From the IMG/VR virus record IMGVR_UViG_2934356561_000002, positions 1 to 64,000 of that record: a stretch of DNA of 64,000 bases. One strand, 5' to 3'. The position numbers and the translations under genes are program-made. The notes beneath the pieces are model-generated. The model worked only from the letters and a program-made list of their open reading frames with translations, was not told where the DNA came from and made no database searches. This stretch comes from a virus. Its lineage: Duplodnaviria > Caudoviricetes. Shown piece by piece: positions 63,520 through 64,000 of this stretch (the stretch's first letter is position 1; each line of letters begins with the position of its first letter).

Positions 63520-64000
63520 CTAGTCGGTGAAGTCGTACTCCATGACGAAGCGGGAGGCGTCGAGGAGCATGTCGTTGACCTCCACAATTCGGCCGGACTC
63601 ATCGGCCGCAGTGCGGACGATGTGCATCACCGGCGTCCCTGCTCCCATGCCCAGGCTCGCGGCTTCCTCGGGGCTGGGCATCCGGGATCGCAGTTCCTCA
63701 CGGAACCTCTTCGGCTCGTGTCCGAGGTCGGCAAGGCGCGCGTAGATACCACCGGGCCCGGTGTCCACCTGGGTGATCGGTGAGCCGGCGACGATGTCGA
63801 CTGGCAGGTACGAAACTGCCGTCATGACGGGAACGTCGTCGACCGTGTAGGTACGTGCGCGCTTGTAGACGAGTTCACCGCTCGGAAGACCCATGGTGCG
63901 GGCAACCTGGGCCGGCGGGGTGACTTCGACCGGCTCTTCATTCAGCGGGACCATGGGCCTGTCGTGTACGTCGACCGACCACATGGACTGGCCGCCGCCC
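63520..64000 (-). CDS. GntR/HutC-family repressor (KorSA/TraR-like), UTRA domain, 5' end outside window
   Basis: GPGGIYARLADLG...RMPSPEEAASLG...RTAADESGRIVEV. Confidence 0.88.
   Translation of the reverse strand, partial: GGGQSMWSVDVHDRPMVPLNEEPVEVTPPAQVARTMGLPSGELVYKRARTYTVDDVPVMTAVSYLPVDIVAGSPITQVDTGPGGIYARLADLGHEPKRFREELRSRMPSPEEAASLGMGAGTPVMHIVRTAADESGRIVEVNDMLLDASRFVMEYDFTD

Larger units (their letters stand above)
1..64000. mobile_element. Temperate siphovirus / phage-plasmid with a conjugation (tra/spd/kor) module; ends not in window
   Basis: Continuous co-oriented phage structural, lysis, Rep/Par and TraB/SpdB/GntR genes; no host housekeeping genes seen. Confidence 0.9.

Noticed and set aside
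1-64000. tRNA, rRNA, attL/attR, cos/pac site or classical CI repressor
   Set aside because: None recognisable by eye; tRNAscan and flanking sequence would be needed to exclude them

Overview
A very GC-rich, Streptomyces-like window that lies entirely inside one mobile element, best read as a temperate siphovirus / phage-plasmid that also carries a Streptomyces-type conjugation module. Neither end of the element is visible. Almost all genes are on the minus strand. From right to left: (i) GntR/KorSA-like repressor, Xis-like HTH, Nudix, SpdB-like, TraA-like, TraB (FtsK/SpoIIIE) and RapZ-C genes (53-64 kb); (ii) a complete virion and lysis module from terminase to tape measure, tail fibre, papain-like protease, endolysin and holin (25.5-52 kb); (iii) a 14-kb block (11.4-25.5 kb) bounded by a 43-bp inverted repeat with 41/43 identity. 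It holds two tandem tyrosine recombinases, a C5 DNA methyltransferase, a Sak/Rad52 annealase, a WhiB-LuxR fusion, a WYL protein, a DUF4145/HEPN protein and an array of five short genes joined by a conserved 29-bp junction; (iv) a plasmid-type replication/partition module: Rep with a LexA box, a DciA helicase loader, ParB-ParA and six parS-like palindromes (4.7-9.7 kb); (v) small hypothetical genes. The most unusual signals are the IR-bounded recombinase segment, the junction-delimited gene array, a repeated late-promoter architecture and a duplicated putative structured sRNA. All protein calls come from motif recognition by eye; no database searches were run. Start codons were adjusted from the ORF track using RBS and gene-overlap logic.
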